The notes: generated by a model from the sequence alone, not told the origin. A DNA stretch of 64,000 nucleotides from an uncultured Acidobacteriota bacterium (GCA_963741955.1 CAVUKB010000005.1:1376001-1440000), one strand, 5' to 3'. Counted from the first letter of the stretch, positions 49,801 to 58,410 are shown. Numbers and translations are program-made.

Positions 49801-50337
49801 GACAAGGCCTTCGTGGTCGGGTTCGACACCCAGCCGATGCTGGTTCAGAAGTGGTCCTCGCACCTCTCCGCTCTCAATGCAGGACTCGCCTCGCTCCGTG
49901 CGGAAGAGGCGACCGCTCTCTACGACGCCATCGTCTATTCGCTCTACAACTTTCAGGGAATCCGAGGTCAGAAGGCGCTGGTGGTGATCACCGACGGGAA
50001 GGACACCGCGTCGAAGTTCACGTTCGAACAGGCGCTCGAGTACGCGCGACGTCTCGGCGTTCCGATCTACACCATCGGAATCGGCCTCAACTCCTCCGAG
50101 ATCGACGTACGCTACAAGCTGACCAGGTTCGCGAGCGAAACGGGGGGGAACGCGTACTACATCGAGCGCGCCTCCGACCTCCGCAAGATCTACAGCGACA
50201 TCGAGAACCAGCTCCGCTCGCAGTACGTCCTCGGCATCTATCCCCCTCCGGACGTCAAGCCCGGCTCAGAGTGGAGAGAGGTGCGGGTGGAAGTCTCGAA
50301 AGGAAAAGCGAAAACGGTCCGAGGATATTACCCGTAA
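46864..50337 (+). CDS. Exported protein with two GWxTD-like domains, Ig-like domains and a C-terminal VWA domain
   Basis: Signal MIRRFAIILLTALAAFNVDA, two copies of FI..FW.RRD...SDR...YL..GRP..W.Y, and MIDAS DSSGSM, TALYDA, VITDG, ETGG. Confidence 0.85.
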   Translation: MIRRFAIILLTALAAFNVDARTNVPASAQEAPPSQGTVKLSKPAQPVLPTLSRAERKRFREKLDPKYRTFLDTVDPIIVPQELDLFLSLHTDAHRDAFIDSFWSRRDPQGAHPGTYREDYLARRDEAKAKFERLDSDRARVYLLQGRPAEQHDIDCPRYLQPIQLWRYQSLPGAGRTSWLVFYQPRSGVEYRLWSSIPQRGNDALNELLSQEAIVDGETVASIFTPQSAQPFGGIGGSVAGSSAPRKLDTCSGADLLLSVALNQTSMPSGLAAAAMRQPKVEEEALRQFASTLVGPAAEDGHETAKETTKKAAALKADPTQNPGVRKLSRRERKDRIAALGEKYRQFLLDVEPIMQPVELNTFLLLESDAQRDLYIDDFWRRRDVYTHSADSDYRRDYYERLEEAKSMFKYISSDRSKMYLIHGRPDDVLRSDCREYLQPIEIWHYGFIPGQGHDIVLLFYQPRMGNEYRLWIPMGDMQDELGDLLSSEIAGSMGVQRGVQFVFYDSAGGGGSQVSKIYFSCKYGQQILDAIFKSQQNRLEMGKLWDAPKVNEEDVNRILKATVLSDPNAPKFPAELSATYPGKRGARTATQLTALVDRDELLTKDINGAKFYDIDVTGEIIRDGRMYENFRYRFDYPAETASQKIPVVVDRFIRPGNYKARLKIVDANSGAEAIVEKDLEVPYIQDSPQKEAAAQEGSDTVNRLQKEFWTGESRLRIVPLPDELVTGLQKIDTIVSGDKITSVDFYVDGRKIMSKRTPPFSLELNLGDVPRIRTVRAVGLNDKGTPLAADQLTINEGRDPFRVKIVSPQVAVKAAGALKVELECKIPQGKKLKSLELYLNETKVGTLYSPPFITSVNVPPDLGVGYLRAVATLQDSSYNPVEDVVFINTPEFMQQIDVHLVELPTSVLEGNEPVLNLKESDFKVFDGGKQTKIARFDYVKDLPLSIGLAVDSSGSMLPRMDEAQKAGAEFFQRVLRPGDKAFVVGFDTQPMLVQKWSSHLSALNAGLASLRAEEATALYDAIVYSLYNFQGIRGQKALVVITDGKDTASKFTFEQALEYARRLGVPIYTIGIGLNSSEIDVRYKLTRFASETGGNAYYIERASDLRKIYSDIENQLRSQYVLGIYPPPDVKPGSEWREVRVEVSKGKAKTVRGYYP

Positions 50338-50340
50338 AGG

Positions 50341-50511
50341 CATCTGATATCTATTATCTGTTATCTGTTATCTGTTATCTGTTATCTGTTATCTGATGGC
50401 TGATATCTATCTGATGCCTGATATCTGATGAATATTGCATGACGTTATCTGTTATCTATTTATCTGTCCCTTCGATATCAGATATTAGATAACAGATATT
50501 AGATATTAGAT
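50341..50511. repeat. AT-rich heptamer array (TTATCTG)n with an inverted arm between convergent genes
   Basis: Six perfect TTATCTG at 50354-50395 plus variants. Inverted units GATATCA/GATATTA/GATAACA at about 50474-50511. Confidence 0.9.
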
Positions 50512-51444
50512 GTCTTTCTCTTCTTTGCGCTCGCGTGCGATTCGCTCGCGCTCGGCGGCCTTCTCTTCGCGGCGCTGGTTCGCATCGGCCTTGATCCGCT
50601 CCGCGATTTTCTTTCCCGTCGGCGTGACCGCGAGTCCCCCCTCGGCGGTCTCCCGCAGCCCTCGCGGCAGCGCCCGGCCGATCCGCACCATCGCCTGCAC
50701 CACCTCGTCCATCGGAATCACCGACTCGACCCCGGCCAGCGCGAGCTGCGCCGCCGTCAGGCCGTGGATGGCGTAGAACGAGTTCCGCTTCACGCACGGA
50801 ACTTCGACCAGCCCTCCCACCGGGTCGCACACCAGCCCGAGGACGTTCTTGAGGCCGAGCGTCGCGGCGTGAATGCATTGGGATGTGCTTCCCCCAACCA
50901 TATACGCGGCGCCCGCTGCGCCCATCGATGCAGCCACGCCCACTTCGTTCTGGCAGCCTCCCGCCGCGCCGGAGATGTTCGCCTTGATCGAGACCAGCGA
51001 CCCGATGCCTCCGGCCACCACCATGGCTCGGACTGTCTTGACCGGATCGATCTCTCTTTCTTCTTCGAGTGCGAGAAGCATCCCCGGGACCACACCTCCC
51101 GCGCCGGCGGTCGGGGCAGCGACGATCACGCCCATCCGCGAGTTCTCACCCATGACCGCCAGGGCGTAGACCATCGCCTTGACCGTCAGCGGGTCGAGGA
51201 ACGTCCGTCCCTCGTTGTACGCCGCGGCGAGGAGCTTCGCCTCTCCTCCCACCAGCTTCCCCATCGAGATGCCGCCATCCTGTCCGCGGCGCACGCACTC
51301 GAGCATCACTTCCCGGCGGCGCGAGAGCGCGTCGAGAATCTCCTCCGGAGAGTGACCGCTCTCCTCCGAGTCGCTCTCCAGAAACACATCGGCCAGATCG
51401 CGATCGCGACCGACCTCCTCGAGCTCCGCAAAAGTTCGAATCAT
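50506..51444 (-). CDS. sdaAA: L-serine dehydratase, Fe-S, alpha subunit
   Basis: IVAAPTAGAGG, ISGAAGGCQNEVG, LGLVCDPVGGLVEVPCVKRN, LRETAEGGLA. Confidence 0.93.
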   Translation of the reverse strand: MIRTFAELEEVGRDRDLADVFLESDSEESGHSPEEILDALSRRREVMLECVRRGQDGGISMGKLVGGEAKLLAAAYNEGRTFLDPLTVKAMVYALAVMGENSRMGVIVAAPTAGAGGVVPGMLLALEEEREIDPVKTVRAMVVAGGIGSLVSIKANISGAAGGCQNEVGVAASMGAAGAAYMVGGSTSQCIHAATLGLKNVLGLVCDPVGGLVEVPCVKRNSFYAIHGLTAAQLALAGVESVIPMDEVVQAMVRIGRALPRGLRETAEGGLAVTPTGKKIAERIKADANQRREEKAAERERIARERKEEKDI

Positions 51445-51499
51445 CGAGACCTCGTCATCTTCAGCTTCGGTTCCGGATCAGCACACCGCGCGGCATTGG

Positions 51500-52183
51500 T
51501 CAGGGAATGCGGTCCAGGTAGCGGACGTCCGCGACGTCCGGGAGATCGCAGATCCGCTCCACGGCTCCGTGCGAAAGAGGCGAATCGACGTCGATCTCCA
51601 TGAACGCCTCTTTTCCCCGCTGGTTCCGCGAACAGTAGAGCGATGCGATATTGATTCCTTCATCGGCGATAATTTCCGTCGCCTCGTGAATCATTCCGGG
51701 GCGGTCCCGGTAGAACATCAGCAGAGTCGGCGAATCCGCCTTGAATCGGGCCGCGAATCCGTTGATGCTGAACACTTCGATCGCTCCACCGCCGATCGAT
51801 GAACCGATGATCTCGACTTCCCGCGTCGGACCCTCCAGAACGATCCGTACGGTGTTCGGGTGTACGTCGCCGAGGTCCTCTTCCTGGAAATCGACGACGG
51901 TCCCCTTCTGCTCCGCGATGCGAATCGCCTCGGGGATTCGCGGATCGTCCACCGACAGACCCGTCGCTCCCCCCACCAGTGCGAAGTCCGAGCCGTGACC
52001 CCGATACGTCTTCGCCAGAGGGGGATGGAGGAAGATGCGGATCGTCTTCGGCTCTTCGTGAAGAATCTCGAAGGCCACCCGGCCGAGTCTCGCGGTCCCC
52101 GCCGTGTGCGAGCTCGACGGACCGACCATCACCGGCCCCATGATGTCGAGGATCGGGATTTTGCGCTCCTGCTGCCTTGCCAT
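51500..52183 (-). CDS. sdaAB: L-serine dehydratase, Fe-S, beta subunit (C-terminal ACT)
   Basis: GPVMVGPSSSHTAG, TYRGHGSD, HPNTV, SIGGG, DRPGMI..INIA. Confidence 0.93.
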   Translation of the reverse strand: MARQQERKIPILDIMGPVMVGPSSSHTAGTARLGRVAFEILHEEPKTIRIFLHPPLAKTYRGHGSDFALVGGATGLSVDDPRIPEAIRIAEQKGTVVDFQEEDLGDVHPNTVRIVLEGPTREVEIIGSSIGGGAIEVFSINGFAARFKADSPTLLMFYRDRPGMIHEATEIIADEGINIASLYCSRNQRGKEAFMEIDVDSPLSHGAVERICDLPDVADVRYLDRIP

Positions 52184-52321
52184 AGGTGCGGATGATTCTA
52201 CGACGGGAGCGCGTCGGGCCGCGAGCTCTTCGGGCGGGAGACCTTCGCCCCCCGTGATGCGTCTCACTCCATGACGCCGCCCACTACGAACGCGATCGGA
52301 GGTGTTCCGCGTCTTCTTTAG

Positions 52322-52498
52322 CCCGCATTTCTCACATCGCCTCGACGCGAGGAGGCGGAGAGCGGCTTGGATACAAGGCGCGCGCAACTTCGGCGACGAA
52401 GGCATAGTGGTGACTATGTTGAGGAGCCGAAGCTGTGCGCAACGTAGTAGACAGCCCGCTATCCGGCTCCGCAGCAGAGACGATCTGAGAAATACGGG
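52322..52498. mobile_element. Putative MITE 1 (177 bp fold-back element)
   Basis: Terminal inverted repeats CCCGCATTTCTCACATCG / CGATCTGAGAAATACGGG (16 of 18 match), flanks TTAG and CTAG, internal dyad centred on CATAGT-GGTG-ACTATG. Confidence 0.7.
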
Positions 52499-52502
52499 CT
52501 AG

Positions 52503-52661
52503 GAGTCTGCGCGATAGAAACGTCCGTAGCGAGAAAGCGGAGCAACGAGGCCAAATTCGTTCGGATTTGAGGTGCGTAGCGGTGGCTACTCGCCGAAAAT
52601 CCGGGCGGATTTGGACCGTTGACCCGCTTTCGCAGTAGGACAGTTTCCACCGCGCAGACTC
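52503..52661. mobile_element. Putative MITE 2 (159 bp fold-back element)
   Basis: Perfect 11-bp terminal inverted repeats GAGTCTGCGCG / CGCGCAGACTC, flanks CTAG and CTGG, internal dyad centred on GTAGC-GGTG-GCTAC. Confidence 0.7.
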
Positions 52662-52693
52662 CTGGGATCGGTTAGACTTCGCGTCGGAATCTC

Positions 52694-53077
52694 ATGAGCT
52701 CGAAACGAACCATTCTCGTCGTCGATGATGATCAGCCGATTCTCCTCCTGATGGAGAACCTGCTGCGCGAGTTCGGCTTCAGCGCCCGAACTGCATCCTG
52801 CGGGGAAGATGCAATCGAGGCGGCCCGGCAGGAGATCCCGGCCGCGATTCTCCTCGACATGAACATGCCGGGGATGTGCGGCGAAGACGTGATCGCCGAA
52901 TTCCGGAAGGATCCGTCGCTCGCCGGCGTCCCGGTGATCATCCTGAGCGGAGAGAAGATGTCGGAGAGCGAAGTGAAGGCATTCGACGCGTATGCCGCCG
53001 TGCAGAAGCCGTTCGAGCTGTCGGAGCTGATCCGGATCATCCGGGAGAGCGTCGATGCCTCCGAAGTTTCCAGCTGA
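52694..53077 (+). CDS. Single-domain response regulator (CheY-like)
   Basis: ILVVDDD, ILLDMNMPGM, IILSG, QKPF. Confidence 0.9.
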   Translation: MSSKRTILVVDDDQPILLLMENLLREFGFSARTASCGEDAIEAARQEIPAAILLDMNMPGMCGEDVIAEFRKDPSLAGVPVIILSGEKMSESEVKAFDAYAAVQKPFELSELIRIIRESVDASEVSS

Positions 53078-53332
53078 CGCCGCTCCCGCCGAACCTCTGC
53101 CCCAAGAACGCTTTTTGCTATAAGATCCAGCACCGTCCTGCCTCTCCGGCAGACGTTCCCATCGGCACGGTCGCGGAGCTCCCGCCGGCCCGGATGACCC
53201 GCGGGAGATCGTGAGGAGGCGGAGCAGACGGGCTCGTCGCCGCAGAAGAATTCCGCAACGATCCGGGGAGGGAATGACCACTCCTTCAACCGCTCGGGAT
53301 GCGAAAGAAACGAATGATCACGGAGGTCTCTG

Positions 53333-54772
53333 ATGATTCACGAAACACTCGAAAGTCTACGCAAGGCGCTCGCAGATGCGGGCGTGATCGGTCACGAAGC
53401 AGGAGCGGGGAAGACGGAGCTCGCGAAAGTGCGCGACACACTGATCGATGATCTGATCCGGACCGGCGTCTTCTCCTCCGACGAAAAGACCCGCGATGCC
53501 GCTCGCGACGCGATTCACGTCCTTGCTCGCCAGTGCGGCGCGATCCCCTGCTCGATCCAGGGCCTCTACGAAGCGATCGGCCGCGGTGAGCTGAAGCCGA
53601 CCTTCACCGTTCCCGCGCACAACATCCGCACCATGACGTACGACATCTGCCGCCGCCTCTTCCGGGCGGCCATCCGCAACGACGTCGGCCCCTTCATCTT
53701 CGAGATCGCCCGCTCCGAGATCGGCTACACCGAGCAGCGTCCTGCCGAATATGCCGCATGCGTCCTCGCGGCAGCGGTGAAGGAAGGCTACCAGGGCCCC
53801 GTCTTCATCCAGGGCGACCATTTCCAGGCGAGCGTGAAGCGCTGGACGGGCGGCGAAAAGGAGAAGGAACAGAAGGCGATCGAGGCGCTGATCGACGAAG
53901 CTCTCGCCGCCGAGTTCTACAACATCGACATCGACACCTCGACCCTGGTCGACCTCAGCCAGCCGACCATACCCGAACAGCAGCGCCCGAACTTCGAAGG
54001 AACCGCTCATTTCACCCGCTACATCCGTGAGCGCGAGCCGAAAGGGATCGAGGTCTCCATCGGCGGCGAGATCGGCGAAGTCGGAAAATCCAACACCAGC
54101 CCCGAAGAGTTCCGGGCCTACATCGACGGATTCCGAAAACTCGTTCCGGCCGGAACGAAGGGGGTGAGTAAAGTCTCCATCCAGACCGGCACGTCTCACG
54201 GCGGAGTGGTCATGCCCGACGGCTCGATCGCGAAGGTCAGCATCGACTTCGGCACTCTGCGCACCATCTCCGACGTCGCCCGCTCCGAGTACGGAATCGG
54301 CGGCGCGGTGCAGCACGGCGCGTCGACCCTCTCCGAGGATGTTTTCGACGAGTTCCCGAAAGCGGACACCCTCGAGATTCATCTCGCGACTGCCTTCCAG
54401 AACATGGTCTATGACCACCCGAGCTTCCCATCCGAGCTTCACGACGAGATCGCCGACTGGTGCCGCGCGAACCTCGCCAGCGAACGGAAGGAAAAGGACA
54501 CCGAGGAGCAGTTCGTCTACAAGAGCCGCAAGAAAGCCCTCGGACCGTTCAAGCGCCGCATCTGGGATCTTCCTTCCGACCGCAAAGAGGCGATCCTCGA
54601 CGACATCGAAAAGAAGTTCGCGTTCCTCATGGACAAGCTCGGCGTCTACGGGACGAAGGAGATCATCCAGAATTTCGTCTCGACCGAAGCGTCGGCCTCC
54701 CGCCCCGAGTTCTCCTCCCGCGCCGCCCTGCAGCCGCTCTCGGCTCTGGTCGTCGAGGGAGAAGGAGAGTAG
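53333..54772 (+). CDS. fba: Class II fructose-bisphosphate aldolase (long form)
   Basis: FIQGDHFQ, NIDID, GEIGEVG, GTSHGG, VQHGAS. SD GGAGG. Confidence 0.85.
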   Translation: MIHETLESLRKALADAGVIGHEAGAGKTELAKVRDTLIDDLIRTGVFSSDEKTRDAARDAIHVLARQCGAIPCSIQGLYEAIGRGELKPTFTVPAHNIRTMTYDICRRLFRAAIRNDVGPFIFEIARSEIGYTEQRPAEYAACVLAAAVKEGYQGPVFIQGDHFQASVKRWTGGEKEKEQKAIEALIDEALAAEFYNIDIDTSTLVDLSQPTIPEQQRPNFEGTAHFTRYIREREPKGIEVSIGGEIGEVGKSNTSPEEFRAYIDGFRKLVPAGTKGVSKVSIQTGTSHGGVVMPDGSIAKVSIDFGTLRTISDVARSEYGIGGAVQHGASTLSEDVFDEFPKADTLEIHLATAFQNMVYDHPSFPSELHDEIADWCRANLASERKEKDTEEQFVYKSRKKALGPFKRRIWDLPSDRKEAILDDIEKKFAFLMDKLGVYGTKEIIQNFVSTEASASRPEFSSRAALQPLSALVVEGEGE

Positions 54773-54774
54773 AG

Positions 54775-54930
54775 GCATCGAGGATCGACGAACTGCAATC
54801 GAGGATCTGAAGAAGAAGGAGTGTCGGACAAGTCGGACTGGTCGGACCTGTCCGACTTGTCCGACGAATCTCCCCCCGAGCCCCGAGCCTCGAGCCTCCA
54901 GTCTCGATTCTCGATTCTCGATTCTTGACG
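54775..54930. repeat. Composite repeat: heptamer arms around a nonamer hairpin
   Basis: GGATCGA-type left arm, GTCGGAC x3 and GTCCGAC x2 at 9-bp period (16-bp perfect stem 54823-54838 / 54850-54865), right arm CCCGAGC/CTCGAGC/CTCGATT. Confidence 0.8.
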
Positions 54931-54962
54931 GCACCGATCCCGCTTTATACTCTCTCCGCCCG

Positions 54963-56381
54963 ATGTCGGAACTGAAGCTTTTCAACACCCTGACCCGCAA
55001 GACGGAGACCTTCCAGCCACTGGTGCCTGGCTCGGTGCGCATGTACTGCTGCGGACCGACCGTCTACAGCTATGCGCACATCGGAAATCTCCGGACCTTC
55101 CTCTGGGGCGATCTTCTCCGTCGCTATCTCGAGTGGAAGGGCTTCAAGGTCACCATGGTGATGAACCTCACCGACATCGACGACCGGATCATTCAGATCG
55201 CGAACGAGAAAGGCGTGGACATCAACACCCACACCGCTCCCTTCATCGAAGCGTTCTACGGCGATCTCGACACGCTGCGGATCCGACGCGCCGACATCTA
55301 CCCCCGCGCGACGCAGCACATCGACGACATGGTGCAGCTCGTCGAGCGCCTCGGCGCGAACGGTCACACCTACGTCGTCGAAGGATCGACGTACTACCGC
55401 ATCGCCACGTTCCCCGACTACGGCAAGCTCTCCCAGATCCCCGTCGCCACCGAGAGCACTGTCGGCCAGAGCCGCATCGATACCGACCGTTACGAGAAAG
55501 AAGACGCCCGCGACTTCGTCCTCTGGAAGGCGAAGAAGGAAGGCGAGCCTTCCTGGAACGCACCGATCGGTGAAGGACGTCCCGGCTGGCACCTCGAGTG
55601 CTCCGCGATGTCGATGCGCTACCTCGGCGAGACGTTCGACATCCACACCGGAGGCGTCGACCTCGTCTTTCCTCACCACGAGAACGAGGTGGCCCAATCC
55701 GAGGGAGCCACGGACCTCCCCTTCGTCAAATACTGGATCCACGGCGAGCATCTCATCGTCGAAGACCAGAAGATGTCCAAGTCCCTCGGGAACGTCTACA
55801 CCCTCTCCGAACTGATCGAGCGTGGATTCACTCCGCTCCAGATCCGCTACGCACTTCTCTCCGTCCCCCACCGCACCAAGCTCAATTTCGCGGAGAGGAC
55901 TCTCGAGGACGCGAGACACGCCGTCGAGCGCGTGCAGCTCTTCATGCTTCGGCTCAACGACGTCTCCTCCTCCAAGCAGACCGCGGTGGAAGGAGTCACC
56001 GACCGCGGCAAGGAGATGATTCACCGGTTCCTCACTGGATTCGAAGAAGCGATGGATGACGATCTGAACACGGCCGCGGCACTCGGCTCACTCTTCACAT
56101 TGATCCGCGACACGAACATCGCCATCGACGAAGGAACCGTCAGCGCCGCCGACTGCGAGGCGATCGCCGCAGCAGTGCGGCGGGCCGACCAGGTGTTCGA
56201 CATCCTCCCGGCCCAGGAGCGCGAGACGGACGAGGAGATCGACCGAATGATCGAAGCACGGAACGAGGCTCGCCGGCAGCGCAAATTCGACGAGGCCGAC
56301 CGTCTGCGTGACGAGCTGACCTCGCGCGGAATCATCCTCGAGGACACTCCGGGGGGCACCCGCTGGCGGAGAAAGATGTAA
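54963..56381 (+). CDS. cysS: Cysteine--tRNA ligase
   Basis: CGPTVY..HIGN, DFVLWK, GRPGWHLECSAM, FPHHENE, KMSKSLGN, DDLNT. Confidence 0.97.
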   Translation: MSELKLFNTLTRKTETFQPLVPGSVRMYCCGPTVYSYAHIGNLRTFLWGDLLRRYLEWKGFKVTMVMNLTDIDDRIIQIANEKGVDINTHTAPFIEAFYGDLDTLRIRRADIYPRATQHIDDMVQLVERLGANGHTYVVEGSTYYRIATFPDYGKLSQIPVATESTVGQSRIDTDRYEKEDARDFVLWKAKKEGEPSWNAPIGEGRPGWHLECSAMSMRYLGETFDIHTGGVDLVFPHHENEVAQSEGATDLPFVKYWIHGEHLIVEDQKMSKSLGNVYTLSELIERGFTPLQIRYALLSVPHRTKLNFAERTLEDARHAVERVQLFMLRLNDVSSSKQTAVEGVTDRGKEMIHRFLTGFEEAMDDDLNTAAALGSLFTLIRDTNIAIDEGTVSAADCEAIAAAVRRADQVFDILPAQERETDEEIDRMIEARNEARRQRKFDEADRLRDELTSRGIILEDTPGGTRWRRKM

Positions 56382-56466
56382 TCGACGTGCCGACGCGGCG
56401 AATCGCCCGGATCAGCCCGACCAGACGGCGCGGGACAACCGGGGAGGAAACGGCCGCGAATCTCCA

Positions 56467-57057
56467 ATGATTGCTTACCTCGAAGGTCCGATCCGAACGC
56501 TCGACACCAACCGCGTGGTGCTGATGGCCGGAGGCGTCGGCTATCTCGTGCACATCCCCCTCTCGACGTACTACAAGCTGGAAGGGAAGAGCACCGCGGC
56601 ACTCGAGATTCACACCCACGTGCGCGAAGACGCTTTGTCGCTGTTCGGCTTCGCGACCACGGAAGAGCGGGAGACGTTCGAGAAACTGATCTCGATCTCC
56701 GGCATCGGGCCGCGGCTCGCGCAGGTGATCCTCTCCGGAATCGAGGTCGGCGATCTGACGGACGCGGTGATGCGGAGCGATTCCAGGCGCCTCGCCTCCA
56801 TCCCCGGCGTCGGAAAGAAAACCTCCGAACGGATCTGCCTCGAGCTCCGCGACAAGCTCGTGGCCGGAGAAAAGAAAGGTGCGGCCCTCCCATCCCCTCG
56901 CGGAGGAGTCGCCACCGACGTCGTCTCCGCGCTGGTGAACCTCGGGTACAAGGAGAACGTGGCGGAGAACGCGGTTCGCACCTCGCACGAGGAGACCGCA
57001 GAGGAGCCGGAGTTCTCGACCCTCCTGAAGAGCGCACTGAAGAAACTCACGCGGTAG
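56467..57057 (+). CDS. ruvA: Holliday junction DNA-binding protein RuvA
   Basis: MIAYLEG, GGVGY, VRED..LFGF, ISGIGPRLA, IPGVGKK..ERICLEL, ALVNLGY. Confidence 0.95.
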   Translation: MIAYLEGPIRTLDTNRVVLMAGGVGYLVHIPLSTYYKLEGKSTAALEIHTHVREDALSLFGFATTEERETFEKLISISGIGPRLAQVILSGIEVGDLTDAVMRSDSRRLASIPGVGKKTSERICLELRDKLVAGEKKGAALPSPRGGVATDVVSALVNLGYKENVAENAVRTSHEETAEEPEFSTLLKSALKKLTR

Positions 57058-57081
57058 GAAGGGCGGTCGAGCCCCCCACAA

Positions 57082-58340
57082 TGACGCGTCCTCCTGGGGT
57101 GCGGATCCTCTGATCCGCCTCGAACATCGTGTTGCTCACGACGAAGACCAAGGCTGTGGCTGAACGCGAAGCGTCGACGGCCCTCGCCCCGACCGTCTCT
57201 TACCGACGAGGCTCCGCTTCTGCCACAGCGATCGTCTCGATCCGCTCTGAACGCGATCCCCGCCGCGGATCGGAGGATCCGCACCCCTCGAGACCCACGG
57301 CCCCCGCCGCGGATCAGAGGATCCGCACCCCTCGAGACCCACGGCCCCCGCCGCGGATCAGAGGATCCGCACCCCCTCGAGACCCACGGCCGTCTTCTTC
57401 GTCGGTGACGCGTCCTCCTGGGGTGCGGATCCTCTGATCCGCCTCGAACATCGTGTTGCTCACGACGAAGACCAAGGCTGTGGCTGAACGCGAAGCGTCG
57501 ACGGCTGCGGCACGACTGTCTCTTACCGACGAGGCTCCGCTTCTGCCACAGCGATCGTCTCGATCCGCTCTGAACGCGATCCCCGCCGCGGATCGGAGGA
57601 TCCGCACCCCTCGAGACCCGCGGCCGTCTTCTTCGTCGGTGACGCGTCCTCCTGGGGTGCGGATCCTCTGATCCGCCTCGAGTATCGTGTTGCTCACGAC
57701 GAAGACCAAGGCTGTGGCTGAACGCGAAGCGTCGACGGCTGCGGCACGACTGTCTCTTACCGACGAGGCTCCGCTTCTGCCACAGCGGTCGTCTCGATCC
57801 GCTTCGAACGCGATCCCCGCCGCGGATCAGAGGATCCGCACCCCTCGAGACCCACGATCCCCGCCGCGGATCAGAGGATCCGCACCCCTCGAGACCCACG
57901 ATCCCCGCCGCGGATCAGAGGATCCGCACCCCTCGAGACCCACGATCCCCGCCGCGGATCGGAGGATCCGCACCCCTCGAGACCCACGGCCGTCTTCTTC
58001 GTCGGTGACGCGTCCTCCTGGGGTGCGGATCCTCTGATCCGCCTCGAGTATCGTGTTGCTCACGACGAAGACCAAGGCTGTGGCTGAACGCGAAGCGTCG
58101 ACGGCCCTCGCTCCGACCGTCTCTTCCCGACGAGACTCCGCTTCTGCCACAGCGATCGTCTCGATCCGCTCTGAACGCGATCCCCGCCGCGGATCGGAGG
58201 ATCCGCACCCCTCGAGACCCACGATCCCCGCCGCGGATCGGAGGATCCGCACCCCTCGAGACCCACGGCCCCCGCCGCGGATCGGAGGATCCGCACCCCT
58301 CGAGACCCACGGCCGTCTTCTTCGTCGGTGACTCGTCCTC
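57082..58340. repeat. Nested REP/REPIN (BIME-like) array: 4 large units containing 44-bp tandem subunits
   Basis: Units start at 57082, 57406, 57640 and 58006. Each has one GGGGTGCGGATCCTCTGATCCGC and 3, 1, 4 or 3 inverted copies GCGGATCRGAGGATCCGCACCCC at 44-bp period. Confidence 0.9.
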
Positions 58341-58410
58341 GATGATGTTTGACGACGAGGAGAGACCCAAATCAGGAATGCCATCCGGACACCCGACGAT
58401 TGAATCTCCC

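Noticed and set aside
54339-54962. Extended CysS N-terminus
   Set aside because: It overlaps fba and the intergenic repeats. Homology starts at MSELKLFNTL.
57082-58340. CRISPR array
   Set aside because: The sequences between palindromes are near-identical rather than unique spacers, repeats occur in both orientations, and there are no cas genes or AT-rich leader.
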